64,000 nucleotides of DNA from an uncultured Chloroflexota bacterium (GTDB lineage Bacteria > Chloroflexota > UBA11872): the NCBI GenBank assembly GCA_964422795.1, contig CAYRCL010000010.1, forward strand, positions 8,765-72,764, written 5' to 3'. Positions within the stretch are counted from its first letter, which is position 1, and every line of letters begins with the position of its first letter. A program made the position numbers and the translations under genes. Shown here piece after piece: positions 1 to 9,588 of the stretch. The notes under the pieces were generated by a model that was not told where the DNA came from, made no database searches, and saw nothing but the letters and a program-made list of their open reading frames with translations.

Positions 1-960
1 CTCACGGGCATCATCACCGCTGCAGTGTGGTGATTCGCCTGTTTCGATGCAGTCGATCAGGTTGTAGATCGCGTTTACTCCGCCGCTGTTCTTTCGACGA
101 GCTGGTGGAAAGAAACGTCGGGCGACGTTTTCGTCCTCACGGCGGTTATGTCCATAAAGCATTGGCTGGCTTGTCCAAAGCTCGATCTCACGGGCGTCGT
201 TGAGAATCCGGATCGCGCCCTCGCTCCCAACGATGTCGGTTGACTGGTTGTTAGGGCCGTTATCGAAAGCCCGGAGGTAGCCACGAATGTGACCAGGGAA
301 CGAGATGATCGCATTGCCGGGAAAGTCGTTGTCAGGGTGTTCACTATCGAGTTCAGCGTCTCCGACCAGCGAGGTCGCCCGATCTGGCATGTACATTGTC
401 AGTGTGGTGATTAGGTGACTGCCGTTGTGGGAGAGGCCAGAGGCGGCTTGCGCCTGTACATACAGCAAATCCCCAATTGACCCGTCGCATAATAGTGCTA
501 ACGCTTGCCGGTAATCGTCCCGCCAGCGACGTGTGCAATTGACACCGAGCACGATGCTCGCCTTCGCACAAGCTGAAATGGCTGCGTCAGCCTCGGCCAG
601 TGAGAGTGTGATCGGTTTCTCGGCCCAAATCGCCTTGACCCCGTAGCTTCCATTCGCAATCTCTGCGAGAACTTCACCGCGCGGTTTGGCAGAGGTGCAC
701 ACGCTGACGATATCGGGCCGTGTTTCCTCAAGCATCTGGCGGTAGTCGGTGTATAGCGCGTCACATCCCCAGCGTTGGCGGGCCGCCTCGCGTTGCTCTT
801 TCCACGTGTCAGACATCCCGACGATTTCGACTTCTGGAACGGCCGTATGGCACGCGATGTGGGCGTACGGAAGCTCGTGACCGTCGTATTTGTCTATTTC
901 ATCGTCAATTGTGCTGGCGATGCGGCCAAGGCCGATAACAGCGACTTTTAGCTTCGCCAT
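1..960 (-). CDS. Gfo/Idh/MocA-family NAD(P)-dependent oxidoreductase, 3'-partial (runs off the left edge)
   Basis: Absent from the ORF track because there is no stop in the window. Checked by hand: ATG at 958-960 (minus strand) and no minus-strand stop in that frame down to nt 1 (320 codons). The N-terminus MAKLKVAVIGLGRIASTIDDEIDKYDGHELPYAHIACH aligns position for position with the paralog at 977-2089. Confidence 0.85.
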   Translation of the reverse strand, partial: MAKLKVAVIGLGRIASTIDDEIDKYDGHELPYAHIACHTAVPEVEIVGMSDTWKEQREAARQRWGCDALYTDYRQMLEETRPDIVSVCTSAKPRGEVLAEIANGSYGVKAIWAEKPITLSLAEADAAISACAKASIVLGVNCTRRWRDDYRQALALLCDGSIGDLLYVQAQAASGLSHNGSHLITTLTMYMPDRATSLVGDAELDSEHPDNDFPGNAIISFPGHIRGYLRAFDNGPNNQSTDIVGSEGAIRILNDAREIELWTSQPMLYGHNRREDENVARRFFPPARRKNSGGVNAIYNLIDCIETGESPHCSGDDARE

Positions 961-976
961 TTGAGCCCTCCCACGG

Positions 977-2089
977 CTATTGCGTTTCTTCCGCCTCGCG
1001 CGCGTAGAGGATCGCACGAGGCAATTCAGATCTCATGACCTCAGCGGATAAGATGCCGAGACTTCGGTCATGGATTGGTAGGTCTATGCGACCCCCGCCG
1101 CGCCGGTGTGATTCACGAACAGCGATGGCGACTTCGAGCGCCTCGCGTGCATCCTCACCGGTGCAACTAGGGTCATCGCCGGTCTTGATACAGGCCATAA
1201 GGTCATACAGGGTGTTTATCCCGGCCGCGCGCGGTTCGTGACTGGGTCGAAAAAAATAGCGAACAGGATTCTGGCCTCGCTGGCCCGGGAGTCCGGTCTC
1301 AAGCTTCCAGAGTTCGGCCACACGGCTATCATCCATAAACCGGATCATGCCCTCAGTTCCGGTGATGTCATAGGTAAGATCAAGTGCACCGGTATGCATT
1401 CCGCGGAACTGGCCACGTACGCCGTTGTCGCAAACAAAAAACCCGTTGCCCGAGAAATCGTTGTCACTCGCGACGGCGGCGTCAGATTCGGCTTCGCCTG
1501 CAACCCATGCGATTGGCGCATCGGTAAACATTGTGAGCCGGGTGATCAAATGGCTACCGTTGTGCGACAGACGACAGGACATATTTCCAGCCACGTGGAT
1601 TACATCGCCGATCAGACCGTCATCGATCATCTTTCGAGCTTGCGTAAAGCTGTCGCGCCAGCGATGCGTACAGTTGACAGCCAGCGCGATCTTGGATTTT
1701 CGACACGCGGTGATTACCTCATCGGCGTCTGCCAAGGAGTAAGCCAACGGCTTTTCCGACCAGATTGCCTGAACGCCATAGTTGCCATTCGCGATTTCGA
1801 GCAGGATGTCTTTCCGTGGTTTCATAGAGGTGCAGACGCTGACAATCTGTGGTCGTGTTTTTTCCAGCATCTCGCGGTAATCTTCGAACAGCGCGTCGAT
1901 ACCCCACTTTGCGTGTGCAGCGGCGCGCTGTTCAGGCCAAGTGTCGGAAAGTCCGACGATCTCAATTTCCGGTACGGCGGCCATACAGCTGATGTGTGCG
2001 TGTGGCAGGTGCCAGCCGTCGTATTTGGATCGTTCTTCGTCCCACGTGCTCGCGATTCGACCGAGTCCGATGACTGCGGTGCGTGTCAT
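977..2089 (-). CDS. Gfo/Idh/MocA-family oxidoreductase (tandem paralog of 1-960)
   Basis: Track ORF 977-2224. Start trimmed to ATG 2087-2089 (MTRTAVIGLGRIASTWDEE), where similarity to the neighbouring paralog begins. Rossmann GLGRIA and WSEKPL motifs. Confidence 0.85.
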   Translation of the reverse strand: MTRTAVIGLGRIASTWDEERSKYDGWHLPHAHISCMAAVPEIEIVGLSDTWPEQRAAAHAKWGIDALFEDYREMLEKTRPQIVSVCTSMKPRKDILLEIANGNYGVQAIWSEKPLAYSLADADEVITACRKSKIALAVNCTHRWRDSFTQARKMIDDGLIGDVIHVAGNMSCRLSHNGSHLITRLTMFTDAPIAWVAGEAESDAAVASDNDFSGNGFFVCDNGVRGQFRGMHTGALDLTYDITGTEGMIRFMDDSRVAELWKLETGLPGQRGQNPVRYFFRPSHEPRAAGINTLYDLMACIKTGDDPSCTGEDAREALEVAIAVRESHRRGGGRIDLPIHDRSLGILSAEVMRSELPRAILYAREAEETQ

Positions 2090-2133
2090 TGGAATGAGCC
2101 TTTCGGAACGCAGGCGATAGCAGAGTATGACGC

Positions 2134-3027
2134 ATGACTTCGATAACTGCACGTCTTGACCGACACCGATTCGGTGGGAGATGCGACGAGCTGTGGTCTC
2201 TACTGGCAGTTGTAGTGGTTGCATTCATGGTGATGGCATGTCATGCGCCCCAATTCGGCAGCGAAAACGAGACGACAGAGTCGGGAATCTTGTCAACGAT
2301 GGTGACGAATCGAGATTGGCCCTCTCTTCACACAAACCCACATCAGGTCGTTGGCCGCCGGGTGGATTTACGTGCACGTGTTTATGCGCCTCCCATCGTT
2401 GATGCTGAGGGGACTGTGTTCTGTGCCTGGGTCGATTTTGACAATGACCAGTTGCCGGCTCAGTTTCAGGTTTCGAGTTTGGTGCCAGATTTAGTGGGCA
2501 ACGAGTTCATATGGGTCGTTGGTTCGGTGACGCGAGTTACGACGTCTGACGATTGGTGCTCACCTGATGCTTTGCTACAGATAGATGTGGACCGGCTACT
2601 GGTAACGGATCGTCTTGGGGCTCGACCGGCCGTCGTTGTCGTACCGGTTGATCAAACGCTGGAGCAGCATGGTGTGCGGGTGACTTTGGATCGTGTGGAG
2701 TTTGCGGCAGAGGAACTGCGCGTCTTCGTGACTATCGAAAATCCACGGAATGAGATGTTTACGGCTTTTGCGACTGGGCTCCGAATTGAAATTGGGACGG
2801 TTGAGATTCCAGCGACTGTCCCCATAGGCGTGGGAATAGAAGCACCGCGTGGTCGGGTGCGACCGAAAACGGTAGAGCGTGGCGGATTTCAATTCCCACC
2901 ACTTGATCCCAATAGCCCACCATTTACCGTGCGCTGGCAGGGCGCAGCAGCCGAATCGATCGCTGGGCAATTCGACGATTGGGTGTGGATCGTGGATCCT
3001 GGTGGTGTCGTCCAGCCGGAAGGATGA
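2134..3027 (+). CDS. hypothetical exported protein, possible lipoprotein
   Basis: 297-aa ORF. N-terminal hydrophobic stretch LLAVVVVAFMVMAC ends in a lipobox-like Cys. No family recognised by eye. Confidence 0.5.
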   Translation: MTSITARLDRHRFGGRCDELWSLLAVVVVAFMVMACHAPQFGSENETTESGILSTMVTNRDWPSLHTNPHQVVGRRVDLRARVYAPPIVDAEGTVFCAWVDFDNDQLPAQFQVSSLVPDLVGNEFIWVVGSVTRVTTSDDWCSPDALLQIDVDRLLVTDRLGARPAVVVVPVDQTLEQHGVRVTLDRVEFAAEELRVFVTIENPRNEMFTAFATGLRIEIGTVEIPATVPIGVGIEAPRGRVRPKTVERGGFQFPPLDPNSPPFTVRWQGAAAESIAGQFDDWVWIVDPGGVVQPEG

Positions 3028-3035
3028 GGGCTGGT

Positions 3036-4292
3036 TTAACCCGACCCGGTAGGTCTTTTTGACCCAGATGACGTGATCTTTGGAGTGGAACATCTATGGC
3101 GAGGTGAGGCGTCCCCGATTGCGATTGCAAGTCCCGCCGACAGTGTTGCGAATGCAAGCAGTCCAAACGCTGATGCACGGTAGCCGACACCATCGATTGC
3201 GAGACCGAGAAGTAATGGGGTTGTGGCTACACCAATATCTCGTATAAAGGCGTGTGTGCCCAAAGCTACCCCGAGACGTTTCCGAGGAGCTCGATCTACA
3301 ACCATCGACGTGACCATCGGTACGACCCCTCCTCCGAGGCCGAACGCCAATCCGAAGAGCACATAGGTTGTGGCGTTATCCGACAGGCTTACAAGTACGC
3401 TGACGAGGCCCATCAATAGAGCGCTCGGTACGTACACGCGAACCCGTCCAAATTTATCGGATAGTGTGCCAGCAGCAATAGCGATCGGGAACCGCAGGAG
3501 TGCAGAGATAGAAATGGCGATGCCCACGAGGGCTGGTTCGAGTCGCAAGACTTGTGTTCCATACACGGGGTAATACACAGCCTTGAATCCAAAGACTGAA
3601 AAGGCGAGGGCGATCGTCATCAGGTTGATGAAAAGTAGTCGTCCTGGTGTGTATATGAGCCCGTGAAGCTGGTGGCTTAAACTGGTTGAATGAGTCGCTG
3701 TCGTCCGGTGCTTTACGTATCGGGTTACGAGTCCGAGAGCTACGAGTGTGGGTAGTACCGTCGCGAGTAAGCCAAACCTCCAACCTGCAAACGAGGCCAC
3801 TACCCCGACTATTGCGGGGGAAAGAAAGCCACCAAGCATGATGGCTGCGCTAATTGAACCGAGCATTCGCCCGCGCTCGTGCTCCGGCGCTCGGCGAGCG
3901 ACATAGGCCTGAGCAGCTGCACTAGCCACGCTCGCGCCACTTCCCTCAATGAAGCGTCCTGCAAACAGGAGCGGGTAGATCGGGGCCAACGCGCTTACAA
4001 CTACTCCGATGATCGAGAGCAGTCCGCCTGTATAGAACATCATGTGTATACGAATTCGGTCAATCAGTCCGCCGGCGGGCAGGTCAATCACGAGTCGCGC
4101 GATCGCGAAACCTGAGATTAATGCGCCGAGAGCTGTGAATGAAATATTGAATTCGTTGCTTATCTCGCCCAGCAGTGGTGCTAGTGCGCCATTACCGAAT
4201 GACGAAGCAACTGTGATCGTCAAGACTGCAAGCACGTCTTTTGGGAGACGCAGCGGTTCCATCCACCTAGCAATTCGGAATCTATTCAGCAC
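3036..4292 (-). CDS. MFS transporter
   Basis: 418 aa, hydrophobic throughout. Two MFS motif-A-like loops (GGLIDRIRIH and GTLSDKFGRVRVY). GTG start; an ATG 10 codons in is also possible. Confidence 0.8.
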   Translation of the reverse strand: MLNRFRIARWMEPLRLPKDVLAVLTITVASSFGNGALAPLLGEISNEFNISFTALGALISGFAIARLVIDLPAGGLIDRIRIHMMFYTGGLLSIIGVVVSALAPIYPLLFAGRFIEGSGASVASAAAQAYVARRAPEHERGRMLGSISAAIMLGGFLSPAIVGVVASFAGWRFGLLATVLPTLVALGLVTRYVKHRTTATHSTSLSHQLHGLIYTPGRLLFINLMTIALAFSVFGFKAVYYPVYGTQVLRLEPALVGIAISISALLRFPIAIAAGTLSDKFGRVRVYVPSALLMGLVSVLVSLSDNATTYVLFGLAFGLGGGVVPMVTSMVVDRAPRKRLGVALGTHAFIRDIGVATTPLLLGLAIDGVGYRASAFGLLAFATLSAGLAIAIGDASPRHRCSTPKITSSGSKRPTGSG

Positions 4293-4351
4293 GGATAGAG
4301 TGGATTCCTGGGCACCGTAGTTCGGATGATCGAAAGAGTTAGTTCAATCAG

Positions 4352-5371
4352 CTAGTGCGTCAAGCGGACCATCCGAGCTTTGTCCGCCGAGTCGTACGCG
4401 GCCATGACGATTTGTAGATTTCGATAGCCGTCAGCAAGTGTGTGTAACGGTGGTCGGCCATCAACGATTGTCTGAGCAAAACTTGAAAAAATCGGTTCAA
4501 ATCCATGCGTGTCTGCGTCCCGAGGAACGTTCAGCGGTTCCGATTTATCGTGCGTGTGTAATACCGGTGTGTTGCTATCAAGGCGAATTGATCCGTGGGT
4601 TCCGTGAACCTCATTGACACCAGCTGCGCTGGCGGCGCTCCACGCTGCCAGCACCATCGACGTCGCCCGACTAGCGTGGCCTAAAACAACCACAGCTGTG
4701 TCGTCCACGTCTTGTTCTTGGACGTGGGTTCCTACGCGCGCGAAGATTTCAGTCGCAGGTGACTGCAGTATCGACTCGGCTGCGTAAAGGTTGTGGTAAC
4801 CGTTGTCGAGCAAGGCACCGCCGCCCGCCGTAGACATCCGTGATCGCCAATGTGGGTCATAAGCCTCCGTTCCGGAGTACCAGCGGGATGCCATAGCTTC
4901 CATTCGAAAAAGGAATGGGGTCCCGATCCGACCCTTTTCAATGGCATTGCGTGCCGCTATGAATCGGGGCTGATTCACGTAGTTATGCATGATTCCTGCT
5001 ATGCCCTTGTACTGTTTGACGGCAGCAATCACCTTTTCGGCATCAGGTAGTGACGTTGCGAGGGGTTTTTCACTCAGGAAGGGCATGCCTGCTTGCGCGG
5101 CTTCGATGCACATATCTGTGTGGAAGCTATGGGGTACAGCAATGTCGATGGCATCGGCAACATCAGAACGCAAAAGCTCGGTGAGGTTGTCAAACCGTGC
5201 GGTCTCGGGCACCTCAAATCGGTCTCCTAGAAGGGTGCGGCGATCGAGGTTTGGGTCGGATACGGAGGAAACACGCCAGATCTCCGGTATCCGTTCCAGG
5301 GCAGGGGCATGGCCCTGCTCCATGATTCGTCCGCAGCCTACAAGGCCGAGTCGTAGGGGCGGGGTTCTCAT
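4352..5371 (-). CDS. Gfo/Idh/MocA-family oxidoreductase
   Basis: 339 aa. N-terminal LRLGLVGCGRIMEQGHAPAL Rossmann motif and LSEKPLATS motif. Confidence 0.85.
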   Translation of the reverse strand: MRTPPLRLGLVGCGRIMEQGHAPALERIPEIWRVSSVSDPNLDRRTLLGDRFEVPETARFDNLTELLRSDVADAIDIAVPHSFHTDMCIEAAQAGMPFLSEKPLATSLPDAEKVIAAVKQYKGIAGIMHNYVNQPRFIAARNAIEKGRIGTPFLFRMEAMASRWYSGTEAYDPHWRSRMSTAGGGALLDNGYHNLYAAESILQSPATEIFARVGTHVQEQDVDDTAVVVLGHASRATSMVLAAWSAASAAGVNEVHGTHGSIRLDSNTPVLHTHDKSEPLNVPRDADTHGFEPIFSSFAQTIVDGRPPLHTLADGYRNLQIVMAAYDSADKARMVRLTH

Positions 5372-6216
5372 CGATTGTCGCCACCGAGGTCGAACCCCAG
5401 TTGTTCCGTAAGGTATCGCGAATTGATTTCGAGGCTCTGTCGCGGTGTTGTTTGCGATTGGTCAAGCTCGACCGTCAACCATCCGTTGTAGTTGGATGTC
5501 CGAGCGACATCGAGGAGCGCTGGGAGATCGACCACGCCTGTGCCAAGTTCCCCAAAGAAGGCAATGCGTGGTGCATGGTCCTGGCTGGTTGGGATTACTT
5601 GTGATGGTATGTCTAATTCGGGGACGTAGTCTTTAATATGCATGTAGGCGAGGATTTCGCTATAGGTCGACGCGATCTCAACGGGATCATCGCCTGCCTT
5701 AGCGATGTGTGCTGGGTCCAGCGCTAGTTTGACCAAATCCGTATCGACTAGGTCAAAGAACTGTTCGATTTCTGCACGGTCTTGGACAACCGTATTCCAG
5801 TGCGGGTGCAACCCGGTGACGATCCCAAGGTCATGCGCTGCGCTGGCAACTTCGGTGGTTCCGAAGGCGAGCCGTTGAAGGTCCTGTGTTGTTGGGGTGC
5901 CAGTCCGTTTTCCGGGTCCGATCACGAGTCGGTCGGACTCCATCTCGTGCAAGAAATGTACGATCCTCAGGTTTTTTTCGATCACTTCCCCTTGTATTTC
6001 CGGATCGTGTAAACCACCGCCTCCATAAAGAGCCGAGAGTTGGAGGTTGCGGGCACTAAGCATCGCTTTGAAGTCGGAAGTTCGTCCTTCAAACTGTGTC
6101 ACGACCGTGCCGAACGTTTCAGTGCCTGCATAGCCGAAACCCTCGATGTCATCCAACGCTTCAACGAGGTTATCGCCCCAAGTAATCTGGTGGCAGGAGC
6201 ATCTAAAATTACTCAT
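5368..6216 (-). CDS. sugar phosphate isomerase/epimerase (xylose-isomerase-like TIM barrel)
   Basis: 282 aa. By eye it resembles AP_endonuc_2/TIM-barrel sugar isomerases (GLHPHWNTVV, HIKDY, ELGTGVVD). Its stop overlaps the ATG of 4352-5371 by 4 nt, suggesting an operon. Confidence 0.7.
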   Translation of the reverse strand: MSNFRCSCHQITWGDNLVEALDDIEGFGYAGTETFGTVVTQFEGRTSDFKAMLSARNLQLSALYGGGGLHDPEIQGEVIEKNLRIVHFLHEMESDRLVIGPGKRTGTPTTQDLQRLAFGTTEVASAAHDLGIVTGLHPHWNTVVQDRAEIEQFFDLVDTDLVKLALDPAHIAKAGDDPVEIASTYSEILAYMHIKDYVPELDIPSQVIPTSQDHAPRIAFFGELGTGVVDLPALLDVARTSNYNGWLTVELDQSQTTPRQSLEINSRYLTEQLGFDLGGDNR

Positions 6217-6589
6217 GTGGTTTCCTCCGGGTCGTAGCTGGCAGCGGATGAAACGTGCCTAGAGTAGCCACCACTATCGCTGCTCGCGGGCTAGCCAGCT
6301 TAACGTTATCCGGAGGTGTGTTACCGCTGGTAGGAAACATTCGGTATGAACACGGACGCCGAGCTTGATCACCTTTCATACGACGATTTCGAAATAGCAT
6401 TGCGATTCGCTATAACTGACCATTGCCTCTCAAACCCGAAGACGATTGTGGTCGATCCATATCATCCTGATCGTGCACTGTTGCTCCTCGATCTTTTCCA
6501 CAAGTCGCTTTCCGAATCATGTGCGAGGTGTGTCCGTTGGAACTTGTGCCACTATCGGTATTGGACAGATCAGATGATGGAGGTGTGCT

Positions 6590-7375
6590 GTGGCGAATGG
6601 TCTCGAAGGAAAAGTGGCGATCGTGACGGGCGCAGGCCGTGGAATTGGTCAGGCGATCGCGGAGCGGTTCGCGGCTGAGGGTGCTGCTGTGCTGGGTGCT
6701 GATGTAGATCATGAAGCGGTCGTGTCTGTAACAGCAGGGATTGTCTCGACTGGTGGCATTGCTCGTGCTCAATGTGTTGATGTGCGTGTGCAATCGGACA
6801 TCGTGACTATGTTTGATGTAGCCGAGGATGCGTTGGGCCCGGTGGATATCGTTGTCAACAATGCTGGCATTGGTGGTGCGACAGCGATTGAAGCTCAGGA
6901 TCTTGAGGCTTGGGACAACATGTTCTCGGTTAACGTCCGCAGCGTTTTCCTGGGCGTACAGGAAGCAGCGCGGCGCATGCGAACACGGGGTTCGGGGTCC
7001 ATTATCAACATCGCTTCGGCGGCGGGAAAGATTGGCCGACCGTATATGACCTGTTATTGCGCAACGAAGCATGCCGTGATCGGCATTACACGTGCAGCGG
7101 CGCAAGAGCTCGCGGTGGATGGATTGCGAGTGAATGCGTTGTGTCCGGGTATCGTGGACACTCGTCTATGGCGTGAAGATCTCAATCCTGAGTTGACCGA
7201 GCTCGAAGGTCGGGAGACTGAAACCGCGTGGGATGTGCGTGTGGCCTCTATTCCGCTGGGCCGGTATGAGATTCCTGCGGATGTTGCGAATGCCGCTTTC
7301 ATGTTGGCGTCTGACAACGCGTCCTACATCACGGGCATATCGTTGAGCGTGGACGGTGGCATGGTGATGCATTGA
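6590..7375 (+). CDS. short-chain dehydrogenase/reductase (SDR)
   Basis: 261 aa. TGAGRGIGQAI cofactor motif, NNAGIGG, catalytic YCATKHA (YxxxK). GGAGGTG lies 4 nt before the GTG start. Confidence 0.9.
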   Translation: MANGLEGKVAIVTGAGRGIGQAIAERFAAEGAAVLGADVDHEAVVSVTAGIVSTGGIARAQCVDVRVQSDIVTMFDVAEDALGPVDIVVNNAGIGGATAIEAQDLEAWDNMFSVNVRSVFLGVQEAARRMRTRGSGSIINIASAAGKIGRPYMTCYCATKHAVIGITRAAAQELAVDGLRVNALCPGIVDTRLWREDLNPELTELEGRETETAWDVRVASIPLGRYEIPADVANAAFMLASDNASYITGISLSVDGGMVMH

Positions 7376-8475
7376 CTCCAACTGGCTGGGCTCAATCCAT
7401 AGGTCGGCCGTTCAGCACGCTGGTTGTTGGTAGTTTGCCGCGACCCGTATGGATTCGAGAACTTATCGAACAACGCTTGAGCGGTGCGGTGGATTCGGTG
7501 TATGCGGATCGGACGCTTGATGATGTCGTTCCCGCGGTGATCCGAATGCAGGAAGCGGCTGGCCTTGACTATGTCTCCGATGGTGAGTGGCGCCGTGACA
7601 GCTACGTCAACATTTTTGCGGACGCTGTGGCGGGGTTTGAGAACAGGTCGAGATCTTCCATTCCTGGGGCGGTGTATCCGACTCCGATTGCGCCTTTGCG
7701 TCAACAGCGGCCTATTGCACTTCATGAAGCGCGCTTCGCGAAGCGGGTAGCAGAGCGGCGCATTATTATGGCGGTTCCTTCGCCGTACACGGTCGCGCGC
7801 CGACTGTGGAGCCCTGAGCACTCGACTTCACCCTATCCCACGCGTGAGGCATTCATGCAGGCGTGCATCCCGATCATCAACGAGGAACTCAAACAGTTAA
7901 CGGCCGCAGGTGTTGATGCCATTCAACTGGATGATCCATGGTTGTCGCTTATGACCTGGTTGCTGATCGATCCCGAGTATCGGGATCGTGAACAGGTTAT
8001 TGATATTGAGCATGAGATTGAGATGTCGGTTGCGGGGGTAAATGGTGCAGTGGACGGCGTGGGGCATCCGTTTATTTCTGTACATCTCTGCCACCAGCAT
8101 TCCAGTCTTGAGCACAGTACACGGGGTCCGTATGACCTCATCATGGGTGCATTGGGACGGATGAATGTCCATCGCTTCGCTATGGAGTTCGCGAAGCCCG
8201 AATCGGGTGGCATTGAAATTTTGGGCGAATTCCCACAGGATAAAGTGCTCGGTCTTGGTGTGATTCGTCATGCTGATGCGGCGGTCGAAACAGCTGAAAC
8301 TGTTGTCGAACGGGCCGAAGCAGCGATGCAGTATGTTCCGGTGGATCGGCTCACGCTCAATCCCGACTGTGGCTTTGCGCCTGGAAGTTTCAGCCACTTG
8401 GATCTGGACGTGACGTATCGTAAGTTGCGAGCATTAAGTGACGGTGCTGAATTGCTCCGTTCCAAATACGCGTAG
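7372..8475 (+). CDS. MetE-like methyltransferase, catalytic (C-terminal) domain only (COG0620-like)
   Basis: 367 aa. Motifs VVGSLPRPVW, DYVSDGEWRR, IQLDDPWL. Zn-ligand-type motifs VHLCH (His-x-Cys), AMEF and NPDCGF. No N-terminal folate-binding domain. Confidence 0.8.
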   Translation: MTPTGWAQSIGRPFSTLVVGSLPRPVWIRELIEQRLSGAVDSVYADRTLDDVVPAVIRMQEAAGLDYVSDGEWRRDSYVNIFADAVAGFENRSRSSIPGAVYPTPIAPLRQQRPIALHEARFAKRVAERRIIMAVPSPYTVARRLWSPEHSTSPYPTREAFMQACIPIINEELKQLTAAGVDAIQLDDPWLSLMTWLLIDPEYRDREQVIDIEHEIEMSVAGVNGAVDGVGHPFISVHLCHQHSSLEHSTRGPYDLIMGALGRMNVHRFAMEFAKPESGGIEILGEFPQDKVLGLGVIRHADAAVETAETVVERAEAAMQYVPVDRLTLNPDCGFAPGSFSHLDLDVTYRKLRALSDGAELLRSKYA

Positions 8476-8502
8476 CTGTGGTCATGTCGTGAGAAGGTAA
8501 AC

Positions 8503-9588
8503 GTGAGCTTGGTTTCCGACGAACTCTTTCCGACGTTGGTGGTTGGAAGTTTGCCGCGACCTGTTTGGGTTCGAGACCTTATCGAACGGCGCAAGATGGG
8601 TGACGTGGATCCTGCGGTTGCCGATCGCACGCTTGACGACCTAGTTCCGGCGGTCATCCGAATGCAGGAAGCGGCTGGACTCGATTATGTGTCGGATGGC
8701 GAATGGCGTCGTGAGAGCTACGTGAAGAATTTCTCGGATGCAGTGGAAGGATTCGAGGTCGACCTAATCCAGCCGCGTGCTGGCAAGCAGGGGGCATCGT
8801 ATCCGGCTGTGGTAGCTCCGATTCGACAGGAGCGACCGATCGCGCTTGACGAGGCACGGTTTACAAAGCGCGCGACGTCGCGTCGAATTCTTGTGGCAGT
8901 GCCATCGCCTTACACCATTGCCCGTCGTATGTGGAGTTCTAAACATTCCATTTCCGCGTATCCCACACGGGAAGCGTTCATGCAGGCTTGTATCCCGATC
9001 GTTAATGGTGAACTTAGGCGCTTGGCGGCGTTGGGCGTTGATGCCATTCAGCTCGACGATCCTTGGCTCGCGCTCTTGGTTGATCCCGCATATCGAGAGC
9101 GCGAACGAATCGAGGATGTCGATCAGGAAATCCAGATGTCGGTTGATGGTGTGAATGGTGCTGTCGAAGACGTCGATCATCCATTCATTTCTGTGCATTT
9201 GTGCCATGCGCATGGCAATCGCAAGCACAGTACGCAAGGACCATACGACTTAATTATGGGTGCTCTTGGCCAGATGCGGGTTCACCGTTTCGCCATGGAG
9301 TTCGCGACACCTGATGCAGGTGGCATTGAAGTTCTTAGTCAATTCCCAGACGATAAGATGCTTGGGTTGGGCGTCATTGACCATACAGATCTCCGTGTGG
9401 AGACACCAGAAATCGTTGCTGCTCGTGCTGAGGCTGCTATGCGATACATACCGGTAGAACGGATCACACTCAATCCTGACTGTGGGTTTGCCCCGTCGAG
9501 CATCAATCCGATGGATCTCGATGAGGCCTATCTAAAACTGCGAGCGCTTAGCGAGGGTGCGAGCTTGTTACGTTCGAGGTTTAGCTAG
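8503..9588 (+). CDS. MetE-like methyltransferase, catalytic domain only (tandem paralog)
   Basis: 361 aa, collinear with 7372-8475 and highly similar at protein level. DNA identity is also long in places (for example the atccgaatgcaggaagcggctgg stretch). Same HLCH / NPDCGF motifs. Confidence 0.8.
   Translation: MSLVSDELFPTLVVGSLPRPVWVRDLIERRKMGDVDPAVADRTLDDLVPAVIRMQEAAGLDYVSDGEWRRESYVKNFSDAVEGFEVDLIQPRAGKQGASYPAVVAPIRQERPIALDEARFTKRATSRRILVAVPSPYTIARRMWSSKHSISAYPTREAFMQACIPIVNGELRRLAALGVDAIQLDDPWLALLVDPAYRERERIEDVDQEIQMSVDGVNGAVEDVDHPFISVHLCHAHGNRKHSTQGPYDLIMGALGQMRVHRFAMEFATPDAGGIEVLSQFPDDKMLGLGVIDHTDLRVETPEIVAARAEAAMRYIPVERITLNPDCGFAPSSINPMDLDEAYLKLRALSEGASLLRSRFS

Noticed and set aside
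1238-2137. 299-aa ORF on the plus strand
   Set aside because: It lies entirely antisense to the homology-supported Gfo/Idh/MocA gene 977-2089. The Ser/Arg/Ala-rich translation is typical of antisense frames, and no motif was recognised.
6346-6678. 110-aa ORF in the divergent spacer upstream of the SDR gene
   Set aside because: It has no recognisable family and only a weak, distant SD. It overlaps the well-supported SDR start by about 90 nt in another frame. This is not enough to call a gene, although a small protein from its first ~75 codons cannot be excluded.
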